From: Fonticula alba ATCC 38817
Lineage: Eukaryota; Protista; Nucleariida
Strand: one strand, 5' to 3'
Length of the DNA stretch: 35,924 bases
Assembly: GCA_000388065.2 (NCBI GenBank)
Contig: KB932203.1
Below, one piece after another: positions 1 to 10,400 of the stretch. The notes beneath the pieces were generated by a model that was not told the DNA's origin, searched no databases, and worked only from the letters and a program-made list of their open reading frames with translations. The position numbers were made by a program, and so were the translations under genes. How positions within the stretch are numbered: the stretch's first letter is position 1; each line of letters begins with the position of its first letter.

Positions 1-4
1 GCCC

Positions 5-55
5 CCCCTCTACCTCCCCTCTACCTCCCCTCTACCTCCCCTCTACCTCCCCTCT
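5..55. repeat. 11-bp tandem repeat (CCCCTCTACCT) x4 plus a partial copy, in a VPS39 intron
   Basis: Units read directly at 5-15, 16-26, 27-37 and 38-48. Confidence 0.9.
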
Positions 56-92
56 CTTCCCTCTTCGCCACTCCCCCCTCACCACTCCCAAG

Positions 93-2616
93 ATGCCAAC
101 ACCCCACTGCTCAACTACATGCGTGAGGTCCACCGGCTGCTGAATGATTTGGAGATCAACCCGACCCGGCGCCCCCTGGACGACATCCCCGCCAAGGACC
201 GGGGCATGTATCGGTTCCTGGTGTCCCTGCCTGACCGGACGGAGATCACGCGCATTGTGGACACGGCCCTGCTGACGCTGCTGGTGGACATGAAGAACTC
301 CGGCCCTCTGCTGGAGATGGCCCTTCAGCGGAGCACCTGCAGCGAGGTGGACGCGCGAAACATCCTCCGGCAGAAGCCGGTGCGCCTCTCGGCCCGCGGC
401 CGCCACGCCACCACACCGCCCACATGCACACGCACATACATCACCACGGACATCTCACCTCCTTCCCTCCTCCCCCCCTCCCCCCCCCNNNNNNNNNNNN
501 NNNNNNNNNNNNNNNNNNNNNNNCTTTCCTTCCTCCTCCCCCCCCCCCCCACCCTCCCCCCCTGGCCCCCTTCCTCCGGCACTCGCCCACACAGCATGCT
601 CCCCATCTGATCACCCTCTACTTCTACCGGTGCCAGCACAACAAGGCACTCAGCCTGCTGAAGAACTTCGGCACCACGCAGGTCGGCACGCAAACCGGCG
701 TCCAGCATACGGTGGCCTACCTGCAGCGGCTGAATCCCTTCTATGCCACTGGCGTGACGCCGGCCGAGGGGACGTCCGGCGGGCCGGCCCCTCTGGCCGA
801 GCCGTCGGATGACACCGTCGGCCTGATCTTGGAGTACTCCATTTGGGTGCTGGACCATGACCCGACCCTCGGGGTGGACATCTTTGCCAATCACCCGCAC
901 GCCCTGGCCCTGGGGCCGGATCGGGTGGTGGCGCATTTGCAAAACCGCAAGCTCGGCATGCCGGCCCTGCAGCGGTACCTGGAGCGGCTGGTCCTGCGGG
1001 CCACGCTCCCGGCCTCCGAGCGCATCGACTCGCATGCCGGGTCCGGTGCCCATGCCGGCATGGGGGAGCTCCTGTCCGATGCCGGCCTGAAGACCGTGGA
1101 CTTGAGTCAGCTGGCCCGGCGGTCTCCGGCGTCGCTGGCTGTGGCCCCGCTGGATGGGGTGGCCCCGGCGCCGGCCACTCGGGATCTGACCTTCACCCGG
1201 GGGCAGCTGGTGCACCTGCATGAGAGCCTCATTCGCCTGTACCTGGAGGGGGTGTTGGGGGAGATCCGCCAGGCGGCCGGGCCGGCGGCCTCGGCACAGG
1301 TCCAGGAAGACCCCCGGCGTTATGCCACCCTCACGCCGCTGCGGCTGAAGCTCCTGCACTTCCTGGTCACCTCGCGGTACTATGCGCCGGAGCAATTCCT
1401 CGGGCGCTTCCCCATCAATGCCCTTTTCGATGCGCGCATTGTCCTGCTCAGCCGCGCCAAGCTCCACGACGAGGCGCTCAACATCATCGTCCAGCTGCAG
1501 GACGACCTGGCCTCGGCCGAGCTCTATTGCGAGCTGCATCTGGCGCGTGGTGCCGACATGCCGGCCTCCCAGTCCCACCCGCAGGAAGACCTCTTCATGA
1601 TCCTCATTCGGAAGCTCCTGGCGCCGAACTTGGTCGCCGGCCAGGAGCAGCCTCTCACGCCGGCCGAGACCGACACGCGCCTGCGCTTTGCCATTCACCT
1701 GGTGGAGAAGCACGGCCACAAGATGGACATTCTCCAGGTGCGCGCATTCCCGTCCTCGCGTTTGCTGCCCCTCGTGCCATTGTCGCTGGCTGTCCGCCGG
1801 CCGGGCAGGAGGGCGTCCATTTGCCGCGGCCGCATGCGCGTGTGCCTCCTTGCTGGGCCTCCGTCGGCCACCTGAGGCTCGGCTCGTCCCCACGCATGTT
1901 CCGGCATCTCCCCGTCGCTTCTCTCTCTCTCTCTCTCTCTCTTACACACGCACACGCACATGCACACGAACACGACTCCACTGTAGCTGGTCTCCGAGCT
2001 GCCGGCCGACACGCAGCTCGAGCGCATTGCCCCCTTGCTGACGGACCTGCTGCGGTCCTTCTCGACTGAGCGCCACGCGGTGCACCTGCAGCGGGCTCTC
2101 CTTCGGGCGTCGCATGTTCAAACTCGCGCCGAGCTGGCCGCCGCCAAGTCCCGGTACATTGTCATCGACCAGACGCGCACCTGCATCATCTGCTCCAAGG
2201 CCATCAGCCGGGCGGCTTTCGTCATCCAGACCGACGGCCAGCCGGTGCACTTCTTCTGCAGTTCCTACAAGCCGGACATGGCAACGGGCGCGGCCGGCCT
2301 CCCGGGCGCGGTGGCTACCCCGCCCCCGGAGCCGGCCTACTCCTCGAGCCCGCCCTTCGTGGTGGCGCCCAGCCCGGGGCTCGACTCGCCGACCTTCGGC
2401 GGCCAGTCCCATTACTCGCAGCCGCTGCCGCAGTCGATGCCCTTCCACCAGCAGCAGCCGCTGCCGCAGCAGCAGCCGGCCGGCGTCCCTCGGCCGACCG
2501 GGCAGGTACCGCCTTCGGCGGCTGGCGGTGGCGGCTGGTCCGGCGGCTTCAGCTCCGGGGGTGGCGGCACCTCGTCCGGCCCCGGCGGCAGCAACGGCAT
2601 GATGTTCCTGCGTTGA
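93..2616 (+). CDS. VPS39: Vam6/Vps39 HOPS subunit, 3' portion (5'-partial); exons <93-379, 595-1737, 1987-2616
   Basis: GT-AG junctions keep the frame (AG 91-92, GTGCGC 380, CAG 594, GTGCGC 1738, TAG 1986). Family-like motifs: HLITLYFYRCQHNKALSLL, LILEYSIWVLDHDPTLGVDIF, RLKLLHFLVTSRYYAPE..L.RFP...LFDARIVLLSR...HDEAL, and C-terminal CIICSKAISRAAFVIQTDGQPVHFFC. The paralog TGFBRAP1/Vps3 is not fully excluded. Confidence 0.88.
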
Positions 2617-2628
2617 GAGGGCGCCCCA

Positions 2629-2675
<47 letters not shown>

Positions 2676-2708
2676 GGTGAGTGTGTGTGTGTGTGTATGT
2701 GTGTGAGA
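2629..2708. repeat. G homopolymer (~46 nt, 2629-2674) followed by a (GT)n-rich tract
   Basis: Read directly, just downstream of the VPS39 stop codon. Confidence 0.9.
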
Positions 2709-2991
2709 GTGAATTACGCATACACACGTACACACATAAACATATCTCATCGACACATGCACCCATGTACGCGCACCCAGGTCCCTCCCCACCTCACCCC
2801 CAAGGTCGTACTTTTCGGCACTCCTGCGAGTAGGCACACCGGGAGGCAGGGCGGGGGGAGAGGTGCTCTTCGTGGCCGGTGGCTTCCCCGTGTTGCCTCC
2901 CATCCGCCCCCTCCCCCACCCCCCACCCCCCACCCCCCCCTCGCGTCCCCTCTCTCCTGGCCTGGCGGCCACTTCCGATAAACATTTTCTT

Positions 2992-3110
2992 TTCTGAATT
3001 TACCCGTCCCCAAAATGTGCGTGCTGGCGGGTAAAAAGCCCGCGAAAGTGATGCTGGCGTGTGTGGATTAACATGCCGGCCGAATGGGCCCCAGTCGCGG
3101 GTCTTCAGAA
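2992..3110 (+). ncRNA. Putative structured RNA element (three-way junction), family unknown
   Basis: Four helices found by eye: 2992-2998/3104-3110, 2999-3008/3026-3035, 3038-3045/3095-3102, 3053-3062/3071-3080, with G.U pairs favouring the + strand. No expression evidence. Confidence 0.3.
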
Positions 3111-3230
3111 TGGTGCATGTCTTAACTGTTCGGGGATGGCGAGGGGGGGCCCTGCTGGGCCGACGGACACGCGCCCTGGCGCCGCGCCACAGCTCCATGA
3201 ACCGAAAGGATGGGCACCTCCTCATCGGAA

Positions 3231-3303
3231 GCTCCTGTGGCTCAGTAGGTAGAGCGTGGGACTGTTAATCCCAAGGTCCGCGGTTCGATCCCGTGCGGGA
3301 GCG
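3231..3303 (+). tRNA. tRNA-Asn (anticodon GTT), intronless
   Basis: Acceptor stem GCTCCTG/CGGGAGC, A-box TGGCTCAGTAGG, anticodon arm TGGGA-CTGTTAA-TCCCA, B-box GGTTCGATCC, and a T-run about 10 nt downstream. Confidence 0.97.
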
Positions 3304-4858
3304 CATCCTTCTCTTTTTGGGTGCTCGTCATTTTGCCCTTCGGGGGAGAGGACCAGCCATCATTGGTGCATGTTCGTGCTGTGTGGATCTGCTGCATATG
3401 TGTGTCTGTATGTGCATGTGTTGCGGCAAGAGTATGTGCGCCCGCGCTTGTGACGAGGGGCACGGACGGGAGAGAGAGGGCGAGGGGGGCCAGGGGGGAG
3501 GGCATTGCGCCCGCCCGGCCCCGCCTTCCGGGGAGCAGGGGTCTGTTTTGGGTCTCGTGTTTTTTTCTTTTGGGCGAAGTTGCAGGGTGTGGGGGGTGGG
3601 GGGGGGGGGGGGACGGGGCGGGGCGGGGTAGGCGAGCCCCCCGCCCCCAGACGCGCCGGCGCCGGCCCGCAATGAGGGAGATGATGATGCGGAATCCAAT
3701 CATCATGACTGGTGGGCGAAGGGCCACTTGTCGAGGGAGGCCGGCGCCGTGGGCACTGTGGTGGGGGGCGGGGCGGGGGTCCTGGTGTGCCACGTAGGGG
3801 GCGCGCGCATCATGACACACCCCGGGCGGCCGGGGGGGGGGGGGCCAACCACCACCATACCCGTATGCGTAACATGCAACCGGCGAGGGGCGGAAGCCGN
3901 NNNNNNNNNNNNNNNNNNNNNNNNNNNNNNNNNNNNNNNNNNNNNNNNNNNNNNNNNNNNNNNNNNNNNNNNNNNNNNCGGGGGAGGAGGGACCCGAGCC
4001 ACGGAGGACGCGTCGTGCTCCCCGACGGAAGAGACGCCGCGCGTTCGCCGCGTCCGGCAGGACACACGAGCCTATTCGCCCTCCTCCCTCGGGCGCGCCG
4101 CGCCTGTCTCGCTGCCTCCTGCGAAGCATCCCGCTTCCCCCCCGGGGGTGGGGGGGGGGGGGCCTGGCAGACACAACCACCGGGAGGGCGGGGGGCGGAC
4201 CAAGCCGGCGCCGGCACCGGCAGCCCCCGCGCAGGGGTGCCGAGCCGTCTCCGTTGCCAAGAGGGCGCCGCGCGGCTCCGGGACGTGCCCCACCCGATGC
4301 CAAGCGTGCCTGAACGCCGGAAGCCGACGTCCACCGGGCGGGGCCACCCGCCGGCGCGTATTTCCTTCCCTCTCGGTCTGCTGGCCCTGCGGAGCCGGAC
4401 CGCGGCCGGCCGGGCCCTTCCGCGCCCAGTGCCAGGTGACATAAGTGGCGCAGCCCGGGCGGGTGCGCGGACCTCGGAGCGGGGGAGCCCCTCCCGAGCC
4501 CCGGGGCCGACCGCCGCATTCGCCGGGCGGATGAAAAGAGCTGGGCAAGGGGCAGCGCGCCGCCGCCGCCGCCGCCGCCGCCGCCGTTCCGCCCTGCCGG
4601 GGAAAGGGCCACCTGAGCTTGCCCCTGGGTTGGAGCATGCCGCTGGCTCTCGCTTGGGGAGGCGGGGGGGGGGGGCATGTTTGGGGGACTTCTTTTCCAG
4701 CGGCGTGGGGACGGCAGCGGGGCATGTGCATCCGTGCATCTCATATGTCCTGCGGCCCCGGTGATGTCGTTGCTGCCGTCGCCGCCGTTTCTGCCGCTGG
4801 CACCGCGGGGCGGAGGCCAGGGCGGGCCGCCTGCATTGCAACACGGGGGGTTGTCCGC

Positions 4859-4905
<47 letters not shown>
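4859..4905. repeat. (GCC)n trinucleotide microsatellite (a shorter one lies near 4556-4585)
   Basis: Read directly in the intergenic region. Confidence 0.85.
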
Positions 4906-4907
<2 letters not shown>

Positions 4908-7403
4908 TGAGCCAGCCGCACGCCGCCTGGCCAGGGGGGCGGGGGGGGGGGGGGGGCAGAAAAAAACAGGGCTCGCGGCGACCAGATTTGGGCGGCCAGT
5001 TGCGCGCGTACCGGCCCATCCGCGCGCAGGCAACACGCCTGGTGCGGATCGCCGCCCGGGGTTCGCCCGAACACCCGGCCAGGACCGGGCCGCGCCCGGC
5101 ACACACAGGGCACTTTCACGCAGGGCCCCCGTTTTCCGCCGACGGTCGTCCGTCTCCGGGGGGCCCCGGGGGACGGTTGAGCCGTTCCTCGCCTTGCCGG
5201 CCGCCCATGTGCCGGCGCGCCCACACCCGGCCCCCCCCCCCCCCCCGGCCGGCGCACGAGCCGACAGGACAATGGGGCAGGGCCAGGCCACGCGACCGGG
5301 GCGCGACGCGAGGGCGCTGCCCAACGCACAGGCGGCACACCCCATCCGGCCGCCGGGCTCCCGTCGCGTCAAGGGAGGCCTAGGCCGCGGCGGGCGCGGC
5401 CCGGCCGACGGCGCGGGCGAGCCAGGGCGTGCGCACATCCATGTCCGCATGTCCGTCCGCATGTCGGCCTTGCATGTCCGCCGGTGTCTGTGTGTGTGTG
5501 TGTGCGCATGTGTCCGGAGGCGCGCGCACGCGCGCGCGTGTCTTCCCGCGCCCACGGCCACCGCGTTCGCCGACACAAACACCACCGCCGAAAGGGGAGC
5601 GACCGATGGCTCGCCCGTGCGCGCGCGCGCGCGCGCGCGTGCCCTCACCCCGGGCCCGGCCAGGCGATTCCGGCCCGGGCGAGCAGCGGGCCCATATTCT
5701 TTGAAATAATACTGGCCATTATATTTACCCGCTTTTCCGTGCACATGCACGCATTCGCAAGTGCTATTGTGCATATTCTTCGGGTGTTTCGTCCGGTCTT
5801 CTCCACTGGCGAGAGGGGGCCGGCCGGCTGCGCGAACAGCGCCCCTCCCCGGACGCACACTCCCTTCGTACTGGCTTTTTTTGGGGGGGGGGGGGTCCCG
5901 CCCCGTGCCCACAGCCCGTCTGTCTGTCTCCGCCCCCCGCCAGCCCCTCCAAGGCCCCTCCTCTTCGAGCGATCTCTCCCCCCCGGGCCGCCGTGCCCGC
6001 GCCGGCGCCCCCGTTCCCCCCCGCCCCGCCCGCGGACGCCAGTCTCAAAATGGATGCCTGCTCAGAGGGAGGGGGGGGGGGGAGCGGGGGCTTCTTCCAT
6101 GCACGGGGTTTCCCGGAAGGGTCCGCGCCACGAAGGGGTTCCGGCGCGCCGGCCCGTGTGCATCCTGCAGTGATTGCAAGTCCCGCACGGCGCGGGGAGA
6201 CCCACGACCGGCGGCGGGACCCGCACGGACGCCCGCCCTCCCCCCCTCCCCTGCCCCGCCCGGGTGCGGGATACAATCCGTCGGCAGGGCACGCCGCGCG
6301 TCGCCCATCGCACGTCTGCGCGCCCCGGACAAACGCACTCGTCTGCGCACGCGCGCACGCGCGCCGGCGCCCCGCAGCCCCGCATGGCCGCGCTTGTGGT
6401 GAGACCGGATTGGCCGCCCGGCTGCGGCAAAGCATCCCCCGGTGCAAAATACCCGCCGGGGGGGGGGGGGGGCACCGGTCAGTCGCTCCCTCTACCGCAC
6501 CCTTCCGCTCGGCCGCGCGTCCTCCGGCCGGGTGGTCGGCCGGCTGGGTGGCGAACCCCTGTTCCCACACTGCTTCGTCCCCCATGGGTGCGGCCTCCCG
6601 GCCGCCGGGCGCAGAAAAGGTGCNNNNNNNNNNNNNNNNNNNNNNNNNNNNNNNNNNNNNNNNNNNNNNNNNNNNNNNNNNNNNNNNNNNNNNNNNNNNN
6701 NNNNNNNNNNNNNNNNNNNNNNNNNNNNNNNNNNNNNNNNNNNNNNNNNNNNNNNNNNNNNNNNNNNNNNNNNNNNNNNNNNNNNNNNNNNNNNNNNNNN
6801 NNNNNNNNNNNNNNNNNNNNNNNNNNNNNNNNNNNNNNNNNNNNNNNNNNNNNNNNNNNNNNNNNNNNNNNNNNNNNNNNNNNNNNNNNNNNNNNNNNNN
6901 NNNNNNNNNNNNNNNNNNNNNNNNNNNNNNNNNNNNNNNNNNNNNNNNNNNNNNNNNNNNNNNNNNNNNNNNNNNNNNNNNNNNNNNNNNNNNNNNNNNN
7001 NNNNNNNNNNNNNNNNNNNNNNNNNNNNNNNNNNNNNNNNNNNNNNNNNNNNNNNNNNNNNNNNNNNNNNNNNNNNNNNNNNNNNNNNNNNNNNNNNNNN
7101 NNNNNNNNNNNNNNNNNNNNNNNNNNNNNNNNNNNNNNNNNNNNNNNNNNNNNNNNNNNNNNNNNNNNNNNNNNNNNNNNNNNNNNNNNNNNNNNNNNNN
7201 NNNNNNNNNNNNNNNNNNNNNNNNNNNNNNNNNNNNNNNNNNNNNNNNNNNNNNNNNNNNNNNNNNNNNNNNNNNNNNNNNNNNNNNNNNNNNNNNNNNN
7301 NNNNNNNNNNNNNNNNNNNNNNNNNNNNNNNNNNNNNNNNNNNNNNNNNNNNNNNNNNNNNNNNNNNNNNNNNNNNNNNNNNNNNNNNNNNNNNNNNCCA
7401 GAC

Positions 7404-10400
7404 ATGGGCGACGAGTTCCCCCACTCGGACACGGACTGCGGCCACTCGGCCGACCGCTCGGCCACCGACACTTTTGACCTGTCAGAGCTGACCACCACCG
7501 CCCTGTCGCTTGCCGGCGACAGCTTCGGCGGGCCGGACCTCGTTGCCACAGCCATGCCCGGCTTCGCCGTGGCCGATGACTCGCTGGTGGACGATTGGAT
7601 GGCCGTCGGCCAGCCCGACGGTCACCCGGCCGCCGTGCCCCCCGGCCACACGCTACTCACGGTGTTCGCCTGCTTCGCCGGGAATGAGTGTGCCTCGGCC
7701 CGGCCGGCCTCCAACCATGGGCCGGCCCCGCCCAGCCCGCCGATCTCGCGCCCGGCCACGCGCCCCGTGTCCCAGCACTGTGCCGACCAGGAGGCAGCCC
7801 CGGCCCCGGCCCCGGCCCCGACCCCGGTCTCGGCCCCGCCCCCTGGTACCGGGCACATCCCCGTCTTCCGGAGCTCCATCACCCTGTGTGTGCCGGTGGA
7901 AAGCAACCTGGCCGACGTGCTGCGCCGGGCCTGCGCCGCCCTCTCCATCTGGGACGACCATAATTACTATCTGGTCGGGTCGACGCGCGAGCTGGCCCCA
8001 GGCAAGGGTGGCCCCGCCGGGCCGGCTCCCCTGCGCCCATGTGCCGCGCACACGCACTTCCCCGACTCCGTGGTTGTGGACGCCCTCTGCCTGAACTCCA
8101 ACTGCGCGGAGATCCTGGCCGAGGCCTGCCCGGCCCCGGCCGCCAGTGACTTCCCCATCTTCTGTTGTGAGGTGGGCCCGGCACCGGGGTCGGCCGCGGC
8201 TGCGGCCATATTGGCGGCCTCCGGTGCCACGGCCGCCCTCACGACCACGACCACGGCCACGGCCACGGCCACGGTCGCCCCAATGCCTGGCCACCCTGCC
8301 GACACCGGCCCCGGTGGCTGGGATCAATCGCCGCCGCGGTCGCCCATCGAGGAGACCGGCTCCCCGCGGCCGTCGCCGGCGTCGCACATGCTGGGCCAAC
8401 TGGCATCCAAGCGCTTTTCCGGGCCCTTTTCCGGGCTCGGCCGCAGTGGCGGGGGCCTCCCGGGCGTGGGTCCGGCCGCCGGGGGGTTTGGCTCTCGCCT
8501 GCCCCACCGCCACCATCGCCACCACCACCATCACCACCACCATCACCTGTCGACGCAGAGCTCCACCACCGGGCCCGCCGGGGCTGTCATCCCCTCGCCG
8601 CCGGTGTCCTCCTCCTCCTCTTCCTCCTGCTCGTCCAGCCACCCAGGGTCCTCGTCCTCGGACACGGCCAGCGATTCGGGATATCCCTCATCGCCGCGGC
8701 GCGGGCTCGGCTCCGACGCCGGGCCCCGGTGGTTCGACAGTGGAAGCCTCGGCCGCAGTCGCCGTGCCAAGGAGGCCCCCTACGAGGGCCCCGGTCTCCC
8801 GCCCTTCACCCGGGTGGCTGACCTTCAGACCGTGCGTTTCCCCTCTCCCTTGTAGCGGTCCTCTTCCGGGGGAGGGGGGCATCCCACCTCGCATCTGCGC
8901 GTGCCCTGCCGCACGCATCCACCTCCCCTGGTCCATGTTGTCCTAACTTCCACCCTCCCGCTGCCCCTCGCACGCACACGCACACGCACACGCACACGCA
9001 CACGCACACGCACACGCACACGCACACGCACACACACACACACACACACACGCACGCGCACACGCCTCCACCCAGTCCAATCTCTGTCTCTTGCCGGACC
9101 TCTTCGCCACGCGCGACATCTTCACCATCCAGCTGGCCCGCGGCGAGTCCATGACCCCGGCCCTGCTGGCATCGCCCTTTGCCGCCGGGGGGATGACCAC
9201 ATCCTCCGACAGCACCGGGGCGCCGCCCGGGGCCGGACACATCTCCGACGGCAGTGCCAGCGACTCGCTCTCGCCCTCCTGGGCGGCCATCGGCCTCGGG
9301 GACGGCCTGACCAGTGCCAATGCCGGATTCCAATTCCAGCCGGCCGGTCACTCGAAGACCATGCCGGCCCCGACGGGCCCCGGCTCCGTGATAACCGCCA
9401 TCACCACCCCCGGGCTGCCGGCCACCGTCACCAGCTCCAGCTCCACCTCCGAGGGCTCCTACCAAACGGGGCCCATCCCCTCCACCGACAGCGGGACATA
9501 CGGCGGCTCGGAGGGCTCCTTCGCCGATGCCGAGGACATGGACCTCGAAAGCATGGACCTGGTGTCCTTCTCTTCGACCTGCTCCGGGTCGGACCGCATC
9601 CCCCCCCTGCCGGAGGTGGTCCCGGCCCCGGCCCCGGCCCCGGCTCCGGCCCCGGCCCCGGCCCCGGCCGGCCGGTCGAAGAAACTCCTACGCGGCTTCA
9701 AATCCACCATCAAGAGCCTCTCCACCATGGGACTGCAGGTGACCGGCGGCGGGGGCCCCCGGAGCCCGAGCCTGGCTACGGCCCCCGGCGGCGGGCCCGG
9801 CTCCTCGGACGCCTCCACCAGCGAGCCCGATGACGCGGGGCCCGGCTCGCCCCTGTCTCCGACGGCCACGATGGTGGCCTTCCGGGCCTCGTCGGCGGAT
9901 GGCCCCGGCCCCGGGGCCGGGCCCAAGTCTCCCTGGCACTCGGCCGGGGCCCTGGGCGCCGCGCCGGTGCCGGCCAATGCGGCCATGCTCTCGCCTGCCT
10001 ACCTCTCCTGCGAGGTGGCTTGCAATGCCGGGCTTGGGTCGTGCGATGCGCCGCACATCCATGGTCCCCATGCTGCCGGGTCTTCGCACATTCTTTCGCA
10101 ATTCCTGACCCTGCCCTCGAGCAATGCCGCCTCCACCACCGGGGGCACATCCGCCGGGGCTCCGGGCCCGGCGGCCAGCCGTGCTCCCAGTGGGGCTCCC
10201 GGGCCGGCCCCCTTCCTCGGCAGCGCCGCCGGGCCTGCCAGCGCCTGCGGACCCAGCGCCGCCAGTGGCCTTGTGTCCTCCGCCTCGAGCATGTCCCTGT
10301 CGTCCATCTTCACCTCGGGGTCCTCCTCGGCCCCGGTGGCCGGGCTCTTTTCCTCATCTGCCTCCTCCTCCTCCTCCTCCTCCTCCTCCTCGTCATCCGA

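Noticed and set aside
2614-3094. VPS39 TGA read as selenocysteine using the SECIS-like hairpin
   Set aside because: VPS39 is not a known selenoprotein, read-through would enter a G homopolymer, and the hairpin lacks the apical AAR. The structure is kept only as a K-turn-like candidate.
2992-3110. 5S rRNA or hammerhead ribozyme, suggested by size and the three-way junction
   Set aside because: There are no 5S conserved sequences on either strand and no CUGANGA core.
3681-3706. Box C-like ATGATGA on both strands with an 8-bp hairpin
   Set aside because: No suitably placed box D (CTGA) follows on either strand; an (ATG)n microrepeat explains it.
3304-6623. Long ORFs of 350-700 aa on both strands
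   Set aside because: They are Arg/Pro/Gly-rich translations of GC-rich non-coding DNA and microsatellites, crossing gaps, with no recognisable domain.
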